64,000 nt of DNA, taken from positions 824,213 through 888,212 of the forward strand of contig JAXGOI010000001.1 of the NCBI GenBank assembly GCA_040767605.1, given 5' to 3'. The notes below the pieces were generated by a model that ran no database searches, had not been told where the DNA came from, and worked only from the letters and a program-made list of their open reading frames with translations. Origin of the DNA: Clostridiales bacterium. GTDB taxonomy: Bacteria; Bacillota; Dehalobacteriia; UBA4068. A program made the translations under genes and the position numbers. Below, piece after piece: positions 1 to 11,389 of the stretch. Each line of letters starts with the position of its first letter. The first letter of the stretch is position 1.

Positions 1-888
1 ACCCGCTATGGCAGGGATACCCTGGCTATTGAAGAGCAATTTGGCAAAGCGACGATTATGGCATTATTAATCCCTAAAAATGATATGGCAAAAGAGCGGG
101 CCTTATGTGAAGATATTAAGGCTCTGCCCTATATAACCGGGATTATGGCATATTCTGAAAATGTATCCCCCGTTATTCCCCCGGATTTTCTGGGCAGCGA
201 AATAATTAAGCAATTTTACTCTCAAAACTATGCCCGGATTATTGTATATACAAATACTCCGGCCGAGGGGGATATTGCCTTTGGTACCGTAGAGGCTATA
301 AATGAAAAGACAAAAGACTATTATGAGGATGATTTTTATACCTTAGGCCAAAGCGCCAATTTATATGATATGAAAACCCTGGTTAAAAAAGATAATTTAA
401 TTGTTAACCTTATTGCCGCCTCCGCTATTTTTATTGTTTTATTATTTACATTTAAATCCGTACTCTTAGGGTTTATGCTGGTTCTTACCATAGAGGCCGG
501 TATTTGGATTAATCTGGCTATACCCTATTTTAGCGATACTTTAATAAACTTTATGGGCTATTTGGTTATCAGCACAATACAATTAGGGGCAACGGTAGAC
601 TATGCCATCCTCCTTACCAGCACCTATTTGCGAAACAGGGGGGAATTGCCAAAACATGAGGCAATTCATGTATCTTTAGGGAGCTCCTTTAAATCTATCC
701 TTGTTTCGGCAATTACTCTTTCCACTGCCGGTTTTGCTTTGTATGCAACATCTTCAAACAGCGCTATTTCCGATATCGGCCTATTATTGGGGCGGGGCAC
801 TCTCCTCTCTCTATTTATGGTAACCTGCTTTTTGCCCCCCCTGCTTTTAGCCTTCGATAAACTGATTACTAAAAAAAGTAAAAAATAA
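1..888 (+). CDS. MMPL/RND-superfamily membrane transporter, C-terminal part (5' truncated by the window edge)
   Basis: Frame is open from base 1 to the ATG at 58; IQLGATVDYAILL motif and multiple TM helices typical of MMPL/RND. Confidence 0.85.
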   Translation, partial: TRYGRDTLAIEEQFGKATIMALLIPKNDMAKERALCEDIKALPYITGIMAYSENVSPVIPPDFLGSEIIKQFYSQNYARIIVYTNTPAEGDIAFGTVEAINEKTKDYYEDDFYTLGQSANLYDMKTLVKKDNLIVNLIAASAIFIVLLFTFKSVLLGFMLVLTIEAGIWINLAIPYFSDTLINFMGYLVISTIQLGATVDYAILLTSTYLRNRGELPKHEAIHVSLGSSFKSILVSAITLSTAGFALYATSSNSAISDIGLLLGRGTLLSLFMVTCFLPPLLLAFDKLITKKSKK

Positions 889-997
889 GCCCATAATATA
901 AGGCTTTAAACATATAAAAAAAATATATAAGAACCTTATAATAGGGTATTTAAATTATAAAAACAAAGCGCCGCTTTGTAAAAAAGGAGTACTTAAA

Positions 998-3310
998 GTG
1001 AGCTTAATAAATACTAAAAATATGTCTTTTATAAAAAAAATAACGGCCCTGGTTTTAATAACGGCCCTTATTTTAGGCTTCCCCTTATTAGGCCCGGCAA
1101 AGGCCGAAACCCTGAAGGAGGAAATTGCCTATGTACGCCTTTTTAATGACGGCTCTTTAGATAAAATTTATATTGTTAACAGCTTTGAACTGGGGGATAA
1201 TAAGCAAATCCTCGATTACGGGAATTATGCCTATGTGAAGAATTTAACTAATTCAGACCCTATAAAGCTTCAAAACGGCACCGTTACTTTAAATGCCAAG
1301 GGAGACCGCCTTTATTATGAGGGCTTTCTTTTAGATGCCCAGCTGCCATGGATAATCTCCATAAATTACTGGCTGGACGGCAAAAAAATAGCCCCCGGGG
1401 ATTTAGGGGGCCAAAGCGGGCGGCTTAAAATTACAATAAATACCGAAGAAAACCCCTTGGGAAGCCGGGATTTTTTTGATAAATACTGCCTGCAAATAGG
1501 CATAACCTTAGATGCCGACCTTTGCTGCAATATAGAGGCGGAATCCGCCACCCTGGCCTCAGCCGGGAGCAATAAGCAAATAAACTTTCTGGCCCTCCCG
1601 GCAAGAGCCAGCTACGGGGAAATAACAGCGGATGTTAAAGATTTTAAAATGACAGGCATTACCCTTTCGGGTATAGCTATGGATATGAATATGGATAGTA
1701 ATTTTGACGATATGGATATGGCGGATATTCATAAATTAATTGATGCCTTGGCTGAACTGGATGACGGGGTGCAGGAGCTTTTAGACGGCATATTTGAAAT
1801 GGAAGACGGCGCCGCCGAGCTCCATAAGGGTACTTTAGAATTTGCCGACGGCAGTGGGGATTTGGCGGAAGGCGTCTATGAGCTTTCCGACGGCTCGGGG
1901 CAAATTTCAGACGGGGCGGGCAAGCTAAAAGACGGCGCCCGGGATATAACCGAGGGAGCCTTTGACTTTGCCGACGGAATAGAAAAATTGCGGGACGGAG
2001 TTATAGAGCTTGACGACGGTACAGGAGAGCTGGAAGACGGGGGCTACGCTTTTTATGCGGGCACCGCTAAGCTGCATAAAAGCACAAAGGAGCTTTATGG
2101 TGGAATTAATGAATTAAATGAAGGCGCCGGGAATTTGGCAGCCGGGGCAGAGGAGCTTAGCTTGGGGCTCAACCAGGCGGCATCGGGAGGGCAGAGCCTG
2201 ACAAACGGCTTTGAGGCTTATTTTAATGCCCTGCTTTATATGGCCAATGCCCAACTGGCCCCTGCCGGCATTGAGGTTGGCCGAGATAATTATGAGGAGG
2301 TAATTCTGGAATACCTTTACGGTTCGGCAATCAGCGCCGCCAGGGCAAATATATATGCCGCCCTAAATGAACGCCGGGGGGAAATATTAGCCGGAATCCT
2401 GGCCCAAATGGAGCTGACCTCCGAAGAGTATGAACTTCTCCCTCCGGAGATTCAGGATCAGATTAATCAGGAAGTGGAAAATATTATTCTGGGAATGGCA
2501 GAGGAGGCTCTGGAAGAGCAAATGGAGCTAATAAAAGCTGGGGCGGAAGCCGAAGGAGCCCAGCTTCTCGGGGTTTTAGAGCTGCTTAAAAATTATGATA
2601 CCCTTTTAAGCGGTTTAAAAACATATAGTTTGGGCATTAACGGCTTAAGCGGCGGGGCCGGGAGTTTAGCCGCGGGTATTTCCGCCTTCCATAGCGGCCT
2701 GAACCAATACACTAATGGAATGGGAGAATATACGGAGGGAGTTAAGACCTTCGCCCAAAATGCCGGGGAGCTGGCGGAGGGCATAAGCGATTTAAAAAAC
2801 GGAACCCTTGAGCTTAAAGACGGTACAATTGAATTGCATGACGGTTTTAGAGAGTTCAGAGACGGTATTGTTAAGCTGCAGGACGGCATTATTGAATTAT
2901 TTGACGGCATTATTGAATTGCATGACGGAATAATTGAGCTTTATGACGGCACCCTTGAGCTAAAAGACGGAGCTCTTAAGCTTACCGATGCCACCGGCCA
3001 GCTTTTAGACGGCATAAGAGAACTTTATGACGGCGTAGAGGAGCTTAAAGACGGCACTTATGAGCTCAGGCAAAACACAGCAAATTTAGATACCGATATT
3101 ATAGACGGTATAAAAGAATCTCTGGAGGATTTATTTGGCAAAAACATACCCGTAAAATCTTTTGTTTCAGAAAAAAATACTGAAATTAAGGCGGTTCAGT
3201 TTATAATGCAAACCCAGGGTATTTCAGCCCCGGAGGCAGAGAAAATTGAGCCTGAGGTAAAGCCCAAGTTTAATTTGTGGCAACGCTTTATCCGCCTTTT
3301 TGGTTTCTAG
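998..3310 (+). CDS. YhgE/Pip-like secreted protein with X-X-X-L-X-X-G heptad repeats
   Basis: N-terminal signal peptide; many LxDGxxEL heptads; LxGxSG and SFVSEKN motifs; follows an MMPL gene, a pairing common in Clostridia. Confidence 0.75.
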   Translation: MSLINTKNMSFIKKITALVLITALILGFPLLGPAKAETLKEEIAYVRLFNDGSLDKIYIVNSFELGDNKQILDYGNYAYVKNLTNSDPIKLQNGTVTLNAKGDRLYYEGFLLDAQLPWIISINYWLDGKKIAPGDLGGQSGRLKITINTEENPLGSRDFFDKYCLQIGITLDADLCCNIEAESATLASAGSNKQINFLALPARASYGEITADVKDFKMTGITLSGIAMDMNMDSNFDDMDMADIHKLIDALAELDDGVQELLDGIFEMEDGAAELHKGTLEFADGSGDLAEGVYELSDGSGQISDGAGKLKDGARDITEGAFDFADGIEKLRDGVIELDDGTGELEDGGYAFYAGTAKLHKSTKELYGGINELNEGAGNLAAGAEELSLGLNQAASGGQSLTNGFEAYFNALLYMANAQLAPAGIEVGRDNYEEVILEYLYGSAISAARANIYAALNERRGEILAGILAQMELTSEEYELLPPEIQDQINQEVENIILGMAEEALEEQMELIKAGAEAEGAQLLGVLELLKNYDTLLSGLKTYSLGINGLSGGAGSLAAGISAFHSGLNQYTNGMGEYTEGVKTFAQNAGELAEGISDLKNGTLELKDGTIELHDGFREFRDGIVKLQDGIIELFDGIIELHDGIIELYDGTLELKDGALKLTDATGQLLDGIRELYDGVEELKDGTYELRQNTANLDTDIIDGIKESLEDLFGKNIPVKSFVSEKNTEIKAVQFIMQTQGISAPEAEKIEPEVKPKFNLWQRFIRLFGF

Positions 3311-3319
3311 GCAAGTAAA

Positions 3320-3350
3320 AAAGCCCTGCCCCTTTTAGGGGCAGGGCTTT
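3320..3350. terminator. Bidirectional intrinsic terminator
   Basis: AAAGCCCTGCCCC-tttta-GGGGCAGGGCTTT between the convergent Pip-like gene and serS. Confidence 0.85.
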
Positions 3351-3394
3351 ACTTATACAGGCCTGTTTTTATTTTAATAAATTGTATAAGCGGA

Positions 3395-3454
3395 TTTTAC
3401 TCTCATGGGTTTTACTCTTATGGGTTTCATTCTTTCGAGTTTTACCCCCATATT
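3395..3454. repeat. Degenerate 15-bp tandem repeat x4
   Basis: ttttactctcatggg / ttttactcttatggg / tttcattctttcgag / ttttacccccatatt. Confidence 0.6.
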
Positions 3455-3482
3455 TTAATTTAAAAGTATTTATTTTACCGCC

Positions 3483-4912
<1,430 letters not shown>

Positions 4913-4947
4913 AAATAGGGGTGTGGTTTTTCTGGTTTAAATAAACC

Positions 4948-5042
4948 TGGCGGAGAGCAAGGGATTCGAACCCTCGATACAGGTTTTTGCCCGTATACTC
5001 GCTTAGCAGGCGAGCGCCTTCGACCGACTCGGCCAACTCTCC
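4948..5042 (-). tRNA. tRNA-Ser(GCT)
   Basis: GGAGAGTTGGCCGAGT...ctGCTaa, long variable arm, GTTCGAATC, GCCA end. Confidence 0.97.
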
Positions 5043-5050
5043 ATAACATT

Positions 5051-5140
5051 TGGCGGAGGGGGTGGGATTCGAACCCACGGAACCCTTTGAGGCTCAACGG
5101 TTTTCAAGACCGCCTCCTTAAACCGCTCAGACACCCCTCC
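5051..5140 (-). tRNA. tRNA-Ser(TGA)
   Basis: GGAGGGGTGTCTGAGCGG...ctTGAaa, long variable arm, GTTCGAATCC, GCCA end. Confidence 0.97.
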
Positions 5141-5173
5141 CTAGGAATTGTTTGGGTTTGAGGTACATCAAAT

Positions 5174-5202
5174 ATAATAACAAATCAAAATGGTAATGTC
5201 AA
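5174..5202 (-). promoter_or_regulatory. SigA promoter for the tRNA cluster
   Basis: TTGACA-N17-TATTAT with extended TG. Confidence 0.8.
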
Positions 5203-5346
5203 TCTTTTAAGGCTCTTTTATCTTTTTTATTCCCGCTTTTTCCTGCCCTTTAAACTTTCTGTTGCCGGCATAAATAAAGGGCCGGCTTTTATTTTTCAGT
5301 CTTCCCCTTGGCTTAAAATTTTTTAAACATACCTATAAATATGAAT

Positions 5347-6051
5347 TTAAGCTAAGTCTATTTTTACCCGCTCTTTTAAAATTAAAAAATCTCTGTCCAG
5401 GGAGGAATCATAGGCTAAAAGCTTAACCCCCGCTTTTTTTGCCCTTTTTAAGGCCTCGCCAAATTCCGGCTGGGTGATATTATTGGGGGTAAAATATTTT
5501 ACCCCCTCCATTTGGATTAAAAAAATTATAAAGGCATCCTCCCCCTTTTGGGCGGCCTTTATTAATTCCTCCACATGGCGTAAACCCCTTTGAGTAGGGG
5601 CATCCGGAAAGGAAGCTATGCCTCCGTTTTCCAAAGTAACCCCTTTAACCTCCAGCCAGCCTAATTTATTTTTGCCTTTTAAGGCAAAATCTATCCGTGA
5701 GGAATTAAGCAAAGCCTCCGGCTGAAGGCAAAATTCCCCCTCCCAGCCGGGTAAAATCAGGCTGCGGTTTAAAAGAGCCTCCTTTACTACCCGGTTTGGG
5801 GCCTGGGAATCAATATTTATAAGGCGCCCTTCCTTTTCCGCCGCAATTAAGCTAAAGGCCGTTTTGCGCCGGGGGTTTTCGGCCTCCTTTAAAATAACTT
5901 TTGCCCCGGGCCGCAAAATCTCCTTACAGCGGCCGGTATTGGGTACATGGGCAATAATCTCTTCCCCGTTTAAAAGGCAGCGGGCAATAAAACGATTAGG
6001 GCGGCTTATAAAAGCCGCCGAAAAAACATTCTTATATAACATATCTTTCAC
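5347..6051 (-). CDS. sfsA: DNA/RNA nuclease SfsA
   Basis: RPNRF, HVPNTGR, SRIDF, EVKGVTL and FPDAPTQRG motifs. Confidence 0.95.
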   Translation of the reverse strand: MKDMLYKNVFSAAFISRPNRFIARCLLNGEEIIAHVPNTGRCKEILRPGAKVILKEAENPRRKTAFSLIAAEKEGRLINIDSQAPNRVVKEALLNRSLILPGWEGEFCLQPEALLNSSRIDFALKGKNKLGWLEVKGVTLENGGIASFPDAPTQRGLRHVEELIKAAQKGEDAFIIFLIQMEGVKYFTPNNITQPEFGEALKRAKKAGVKLLAYDSSLDRDFLILKERVKIDLA

Positions 6052-6087
6052 CCTGTAAATAGGCTTTAATCTTAATAAAGCCGTATT

Positions 6088-6678
6088 TTATTTATTTCTG
6101 TCTATGGCGGAGGTATTTTTCTCCCGCAAATAGGTGGCTTCTAAATCCGCCAAATGCAGCTTAACCGCAAAGGGGTATTTTTCATAAGCCAGAGAAATTG
6201 TAAAAGCCCCCGCCTTGGGGGAATCATCAAAGCCCCCCATATGCCAGCGTATAGCCATGGCCTCCACGGGCTTTAAACGAATAAAACGCTCAATTAAAAA
6301 AACGGATTTTTCCCCATGGCCGTAGGGAAAGCTATCCTCCACCTTATAAAAGGGCTGCTTTTCCCATTCGCCGGTTTCTTCATTTTTTACATTTCTGGTG
6401 CTGGTTTTATAAAACTGAGCCTTGCAAATATCATGAAGCAGGGCGCAAATAGCGCAGCTTTCCGGGTTATCTATCCCTTTTTCATAATGTTTTTCCATTA
6501 AAACATGATAAACATTTAAAGAGTGCTGCACCAAGCCGCTTTCGCAGGCGCAATGAAAACGGGTGCTGGCCGGGGCTGTATAAAAATCCGTAGTATCCAG
6601 CCAGGCCAATAATTCCGCCGCCCCCGGGCGGCTTATATTCTCTGTAAATGTATTAATAAACTCCTGACGATAATCCAT
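6088..6678 (-). CDS. HD-domain phosphohydrolase
   Basis: APASTRFH, HS, LLHDICK, GHGEKS, IRWHMG. Confidence 0.85.
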   Translation of the reverse strand: MDYRQEFINTFTENISRPGAAELLAWLDTTDFYTAPASTRFHCACESGLVQHSLNVYHVLMEKHYEKGIDNPESCAICALLHDICKAQFYKTSTRNVKNEETGEWEKQPFYKVEDSFPYGHGEKSVFLIERFIRLKPVEAMAIRWHMGGFDDSPKAGAFTISLAYEKYPFAVKLHLADLEATYLREKNTSAIDRNK

Positions 6679-6729
6679 ATAAATCTCCTTTTATTTCACT
6701 CCCGCCCCTATTTAAAAGGGATATTGCTT

Positions 6730-7992
6730 TTAGCGGAAAAGCCGCCTGGGGTCGGATACCTCCCGGCGTTTATTATAATTCCGGCGGCGGCGAATATCTA
6801 AAACAAGTGCAATAATTCCGATTAAAATAAAGGCCAGGGGAAATATATACCACCATGGCCAGGGGAAGCCTTTAAACCCCCCTTGCAGGCTGGCTTTAGC
6901 CACTGCCGAGGCAATTACCGGGGGGGAAAGCTCTAAGCTGCCCAGCTTTTCATACATTAAGCCATTATTCTCAGGCAGGGAAAATTCCAGCCGGGCGGAG
7001 CTTTCATTATCTTCTGCCAGAGTTATTTTAACCTGCTCCAAGGGTATATCTTTATGCAATAAAAAGCCGAAAACATTCCCCACAGACCATTGCTTATCGC
7101 TTTGGCCTTTAATAAAAAGGCTGAGTTTATCTGCAGGTAAAATACTTTTATTAAAGCTGTTAAAACCGTAATCCAGAAGGCTTGTGGTATCGGTATATTT
7201 TCCCTTGGAGGAAGCGCATTTCATAACCACGGCAATTAAAGCCCTGCCGTCCCTTTCGGCAACCGTAACCATGGTATGGCAGGCCTGCCGAGTCCAGCCC
7301 AGCTTACCCCCGGTAATGCCCTCGCAATCATATTTGGCAGCTTTGGGCAAATAGATAAATTCATGCTGATTATTAAAAAAACGCTTTTCCGGCTGGATAT
7401 TTGTAGGGGGCATTTCCCAGCTGCTAATATTAAAATACTCCCGAAAGAGGGGGTTTTTATAGGCATTATAGGTAATTAAGGCCATATCGTAGGCTGTTGT
7501 ATAATGGTCATCATCACTCAGGCCGGAAGGGTTTACAAAATTGCTGTTTAAAGCCCCCAGGGCCTTTGCCTTTTCATTCATCATTCTGGCAAAATCCTCA
7601 ATGGTGGAGCCCATATGCTCCGCCAGGCCGTTTGCGGCGTCATTGGCAGAAACAGTCAGTAAGGCGGCCAGAGCATCTTTTACTTTTATTTCTTCCCCCT
7701 CGTTTAAGGCAATATGGCTGGAGCCCCGGGGTATGGAAAAAACCGCATTGCGGCTCATTATTATTGTCTCTTCGGTATTTAAATATTCTACGGCCAAATA
7801 GGCGGTTAAAATCTTTGTAATACTCGCGGGGTATTCCCGGGTATTCATATTTTTTGACCATAAAACCTGCCCGCTGCCGGCATCCATTAAAACCGCCGCC
7901 TCGGATTCTATTACCGGGGCGGCAAATGCCGCCTGCCCCATAAAAGCCCAAAACAGAATAGAAAAACAAATAAGCGCCAAATATTTTCTCAT
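6730..7992 (-). CDS. D-alanyl-D-alanine carboxypeptidase (peptidase S11)
   Basis: PASITK (SxxK), SAND (SxN), GGKLG; signal peptide and C-terminal TM anchor. Confidence 0.92.
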   Translation of the reverse strand: MRKYLALICFSILFWAFMGQAAFAAPVIESEAAVLMDAGSGQVLWSKNMNTREYPASITKILTAYLAVEYLNTEETIIMSRNAVFSIPRGSSHIALNEGEEIKVKDALAALLTVSANDAANGLAEHMGSTIEDFARMMNEKAKALGALNSNFVNPSGLSDDDHYTTAYDMALITYNAYKNPLFREYFNISSWEMPPTNIQPEKRFFNNQHEFIYLPKAAKYDCEGITGGKLGWTRQACHTMVTVAERDGRALIAVVMKCASSKGKYTDTTSLLDYGFNSFNKSILPADKLSLFIKGQSDKQWSVGNVFGFLLHKDIPLEQVKITLAEDNESSARLEFSLPENNGLMYEKLGSLELSPPVIASAVAKASLQGGFKGFPWPWWYIFPLAFILIGIIALVLDIRRRRNYNKRREVSDPRRLFR

Positions 7993-8426
7993 GCTTTACC
8001 CCGTATTTATGTTTTTTTACACTTTAATTATATGGCTATTCTTTATAGCTATCTATTTATAATACCCCGGCGGATATTATAATCCCTTTAAGTTTTGTTT
8101 AATTTTTTATTACTTTGGCAAACATTATACTCTTTAAATATGTAAATTTAGTGAAGGCCGAAAGTTTTTATTTAAAAAAACAAAGGCCGCATTTATTGCT
8201 CTTATTGCCCCTTATTGCCCTTCTTTTAATTATAAAACATTATTAAGTAAAAGGTCAATAAAGATTGACCCTTAAAAACAGCAGGCTTTTTAAAAGAGCC
8301 TGCCGCTTATTTTATGGATTATTTTTTCTTATTTTTATTGTTGCGGTTTTTTAGCCGCCTGGCTTTTCAAATATAAAAAAAGCCCCGGCTGTTTTTATCC
8401 GGGGCTTTGCCTATAAAAAGCTGTAA

Positions 8427-9413
8427 TTAAATAGTTGCCACCATAACCGCTTTAATGGTATGCATTCTGTTTTCCGCCTCATCAAAAACCACGGAAAAGC
8501 GGCTGCGGAAAACCTCATCCGTAACCTCGCGGATATCATAACCTTTTTCCTTAAAAGAGGCCGCCATTTTTGTTTCAAAATCATGAAAAGAAGGCAAACA
8601 ATGCATAAATAAAACATGGGGATTATTTGTTCTTTCAAGCATGGCCATATTTACGCGGTAAGGGGTTAAAAGCCTGACCCTTTCAGGGATGCTCTCTTCC
8701 TCCCCCATGGATGCCCAAACATCCGTATAAATAACATCCGCCCCCTCTAGGGCAGGAAAATCGCTGCTAAAGGAAATATCCGCCCCGCTTTCCTCCGCCA
8801 GGGCCAAAACCTTATCCATAACTTTTTTATCAGGATTAAGCTCATTGGGGCCCAGGGCAACCATAGTCATCCCCATTTTAGCGCAGCCGTACATCCAGGC
8901 ATAGGCCATATTATTGCGGGTATCCCCTACAAAAACCACCTTAATTTCATTTAAGGGCTTATAAATATGCTCCTCAATTGTCATAAGATCGGCCAAAATC
9001 TGCGTGGGATGATCGGTATCTGTTAGGCCGTTCCAAACCGGCACGCCGGAAAACCGGGCTAAATCCTGAACAACCTCCTGCTTAAAGCCGCGGTATTCAA
9101 TACCGTCATAATAGCGGCCTAAAACAATAGCCGTATCCTCAAGGGATTCCTTTTTACCCATCTGAGAGCTTGCGGAATCTAAAAATGTTATATGAGCCCC
9201 TTCATCCAAAGCGCCTACCTCAAAGGCACAGCGGGTGCGGGTAGAGCTTTTTTCAAATAAAAGCACAATATTTTTACCCTTTAAAAGATTATCGCAAATA
9301 CCGGCCTTTTTTTTCCTTTTAAGGTCATGGGCTAAATCTAATAAATAACGGATTTCTGATTTGGAAAAATCCAATAAAGAGAGAAAGCTTTTGCCTTTTA
9401 AATTTGCGGACAT
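8427..9413 (-). CDS. argF: Ornithine carbamoyltransferase
   Basis: SSTRTR, HPTQ, DVWASMG, FMHCLP; start moved to ATG 9413, which follows a GAAGGAG RBS. Confidence 0.93.
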   Translation of the reverse strand: MSANLKGKSFLSLLDFSKSEIRYLLDLAHDLKRKKKAGICDNLLKGKNIVLLFEKSSTRTRCAFEVGALDEGAHITFLDSASSQMGKKESLEDTAIVLGRYYDGIEYRGFKQEVVQDLARFSGVPVWNGLTDTDHPTQILADLMTIEEHIYKPLNEIKVVFVGDTRNNMAYAWMYGCAKMGMTMVALGPNELNPDKKVMDKVLALAEESGADISFSSDFPALEGADVIYTDVWASMGEEESIPERVRLLTPYRVNMAMLERTNNPHVLFMHCLPSFHDFETKMAASFKEKGYDIREVTDEVFRSRFSVVFDEAENRMHTIKAVMVATI

Positions 9414-9460
9414 CGGGAACACTCCTTCATGTTTATACATAATAATTAATATTTAAGCAT

Positions 9461-9489
9461 ATTTTAGCATAGATTTCCCGGCTTTTCAA
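9461..9489 (-). promoter_or_regulatory. SigA promoter of argF; possible ARG box just downstream (TGTATAAACATGAA)
   Basis: TTGAAA-N17-TAAAAT with TG extension; the ARG-box match is imperfect. Confidence 0.55.
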
Positions 9490-9572
9490 TCCCCCAAAGG
9501 AGCCCCTAATAAAATATTTTAGCCTTTAAAAACAAAAAAAGCAGGGGTATTTACCCCCTGCTTTTTAGCTGA

Positions 9573-9635
9573 TTTTGCTCTTTATTTTTTGCTCTTTATT
9601 TTTTGCTCTTTACTTTTGCTTTTTTGCTCTTTTCT
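9573..9635. repeat. 14-bp tandem repeat (ttttttgctcttta), about 3-4 degenerate copies
   Basis: Directly visible downstream of the stop of 9640..11079. Confidence 0.65.
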
Positions 9636-9639
9636 TTTA

Positions 9640-11079
9640 TTATTTTACAAGGGTAATAATTTTGCTTTGGCTATTCCAATCTACTTTATAACCCAGGGAT
9701 TGAAAATCTCTTATTTTTACAAAAACCCGGTTGTTTTTAATAATCCCGCTGAATTCAACTTCGCCGCCGTCTTTAGCTGTGGCCTTGGCAACTTTTTTTG
9801 TATTATCCCAGCCTATATTTTCACCAAAAATTTCCCCGATTTTACGCAATGGCAAATAGGTAAAATCATTTGCCATAATTACATCCGTAGAGCCAAAGCT
9901 CACTTCCGGCTTAAATGTATTGCCGCTTACCGCAATATATTCATTTATTTCCGCCGCGGTAAGGAAAAGAGTTAAAGTGGTTTTGGGAGGGAAAACCTGA
10001 TTAAAAGAAACCGTTTCTCCCTCGGGGGCATTAATCTTCACGGAGGCCACGGGTTTCATCCTTAAATTATCCTGAATTCTTAAAGAATTGCTGCCGCTAA
10101 ATTCTAGCTTAACCAGCATATCCGTGGCGGATACATAGCTGCCGCCGGCCTCTTTAACCAGGCTGTATTCAAAATAGCTGCCCTTAATTATTTCCTCAAA
10201 CTGGGGCAATTGCTTTTTAACACCATCAAGGGCCTCTAGGGCTCCCTTCTTACCTTCTTCCGAGGCAATCTGGTCAAAAAGGGTTTCAAGGCCGGCAATT
10301 AATTCTTCATGGCTGATACCCGGCATATTCATAAGCTCAATATACTCTTTAATATAGCGGGTTTTATACAGATCAATAATCCCGGGGCGGATTTTTTGAG
10401 AATTATTTAAAGAATATGAGGCAAAGCCCAGGCAAACCGGGGCAAAATCTTTATCTTTTAAGGTTATTTTATAGCCCTGGGGTATTTTATCGATTATACC
10501 CTCCCCAAGGGAGTACTCTTTATAACCTTCATTAATAATTTTATCCACCACAAGGATAACCTCTTCAAGCATGGGCTGGAATTCGCCAAAAAAGCTGCTA
10601 AAGCCGTCTAAGCCCATATCCCCGGCAAAATCCATGGTAATATATTTTGCCTCTCCTACGGCTTTATTAAATTCGGCAATGTCTTGAGGGGAGCCGTATT
10701 TTTGCAGAATTTCTTTTAAGCCCTCAATAGGTAAATAATAAATATTATCCTTAAAAACCATCTTATTAAGGGTAAATTTATCCAGCGGAGTGGTTATGGT
10801 AATATCCATTTCCATTTCCATTTTTTTATTATCGGCTTTATATTCAATTTCTAAATCTACGGTTTTAAGCATTGCCGCCGCCATTTTTAATTCGGCGCTT
10901 TGCAGCAATTCATCCGCCGCCTTAAGCTCAAGGCTTACTTTTTGAGTGGCTTCATAGGCCTCTATTTTCCCCATTTCCTTATTGAGCTTATAATAACCCA
11001 GCTCATTTTCGGTGCAGCCGCTAAAAACCGCCACTGCAAGAATAAGTATTATACCCAGAAAAAATAATTTTTTTGTCAC
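9640..11079 (-). CDS. Lipoprotein with C-terminal copper-amine-oxidase-N-like (stalk) domain
   Basis: Lipobox FSGC; C-terminal TYLPLRKIGEIFGENIGWD and VFVKIRDFQSLGYKVDW. Confidence 0.7.
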   Translation of the reverse strand: MTKKLFFLGIILILAVAVFSGCTENELGYYKLNKEMGKIEAYEATQKVSLELKAADELLQSAELKMAAAMLKTVDLEIEYKADNKKMEMEMDITITTPLDKFTLNKMVFKDNIYYLPIEGLKEILQKYGSPQDIAEFNKAVGEAKYITMDFAGDMGLDGFSSFFGEFQPMLEEVILVVDKIINEGYKEYSLGEGIIDKIPQGYKITLKDKDFAPVCLGFASYSLNNSQKIRPGIIDLYKTRYIKEYIELMNMPGISHEELIAGLETLFDQIASEEGKKGALEALDGVKKQLPQFEEIIKGSYFEYSLVKEAGGSYVSATDMLVKLEFSGSNSLRIQDNLRMKPVASVKINAPEGETVSFNQVFPPKTTLTLFLTAAEINEYIAVSGNTFKPEVSFGSTDVIMANDFTYLPLRKIGEIFGENIGWDNTKKVAKATAKDGGEVEFSGIIKNNRVFVKIRDFQSLGYKVDWNSQSKIITLVK

Positions 11080-11389
11080 AACAAATTCCCCCTATTTATT
11101 TTCACCTTATGTACTTTTACCCTGCTTCTTTTCACCCTGCCCATTTTACCTTGTTTATTTTACCCTGTTTTTATTTTAGCACAGTATTTTTTTAAAAACA
11201 ACTTTTAAAACAACGGTATTGCCCCTATAAAAGACCCCTTAAGGGCCGTTTAAATTATAAATATGCCAAATAGGAGGAGTTATTCTTTAATTACCTTACA
11301 GCACCATTAATTTTTTTTAAAATACGGCCTTATTTTATAAATATTTATTTTGGCCCTTAAAAACAGCAATTTGCACTTTAGCTCAAGCA

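Noticed and set aside
9589-9975. 128-aa + strand ORF
   Set aside because: It starts in a T-rich tandem repeat and is antisense to a well-supported lipoprotein gene
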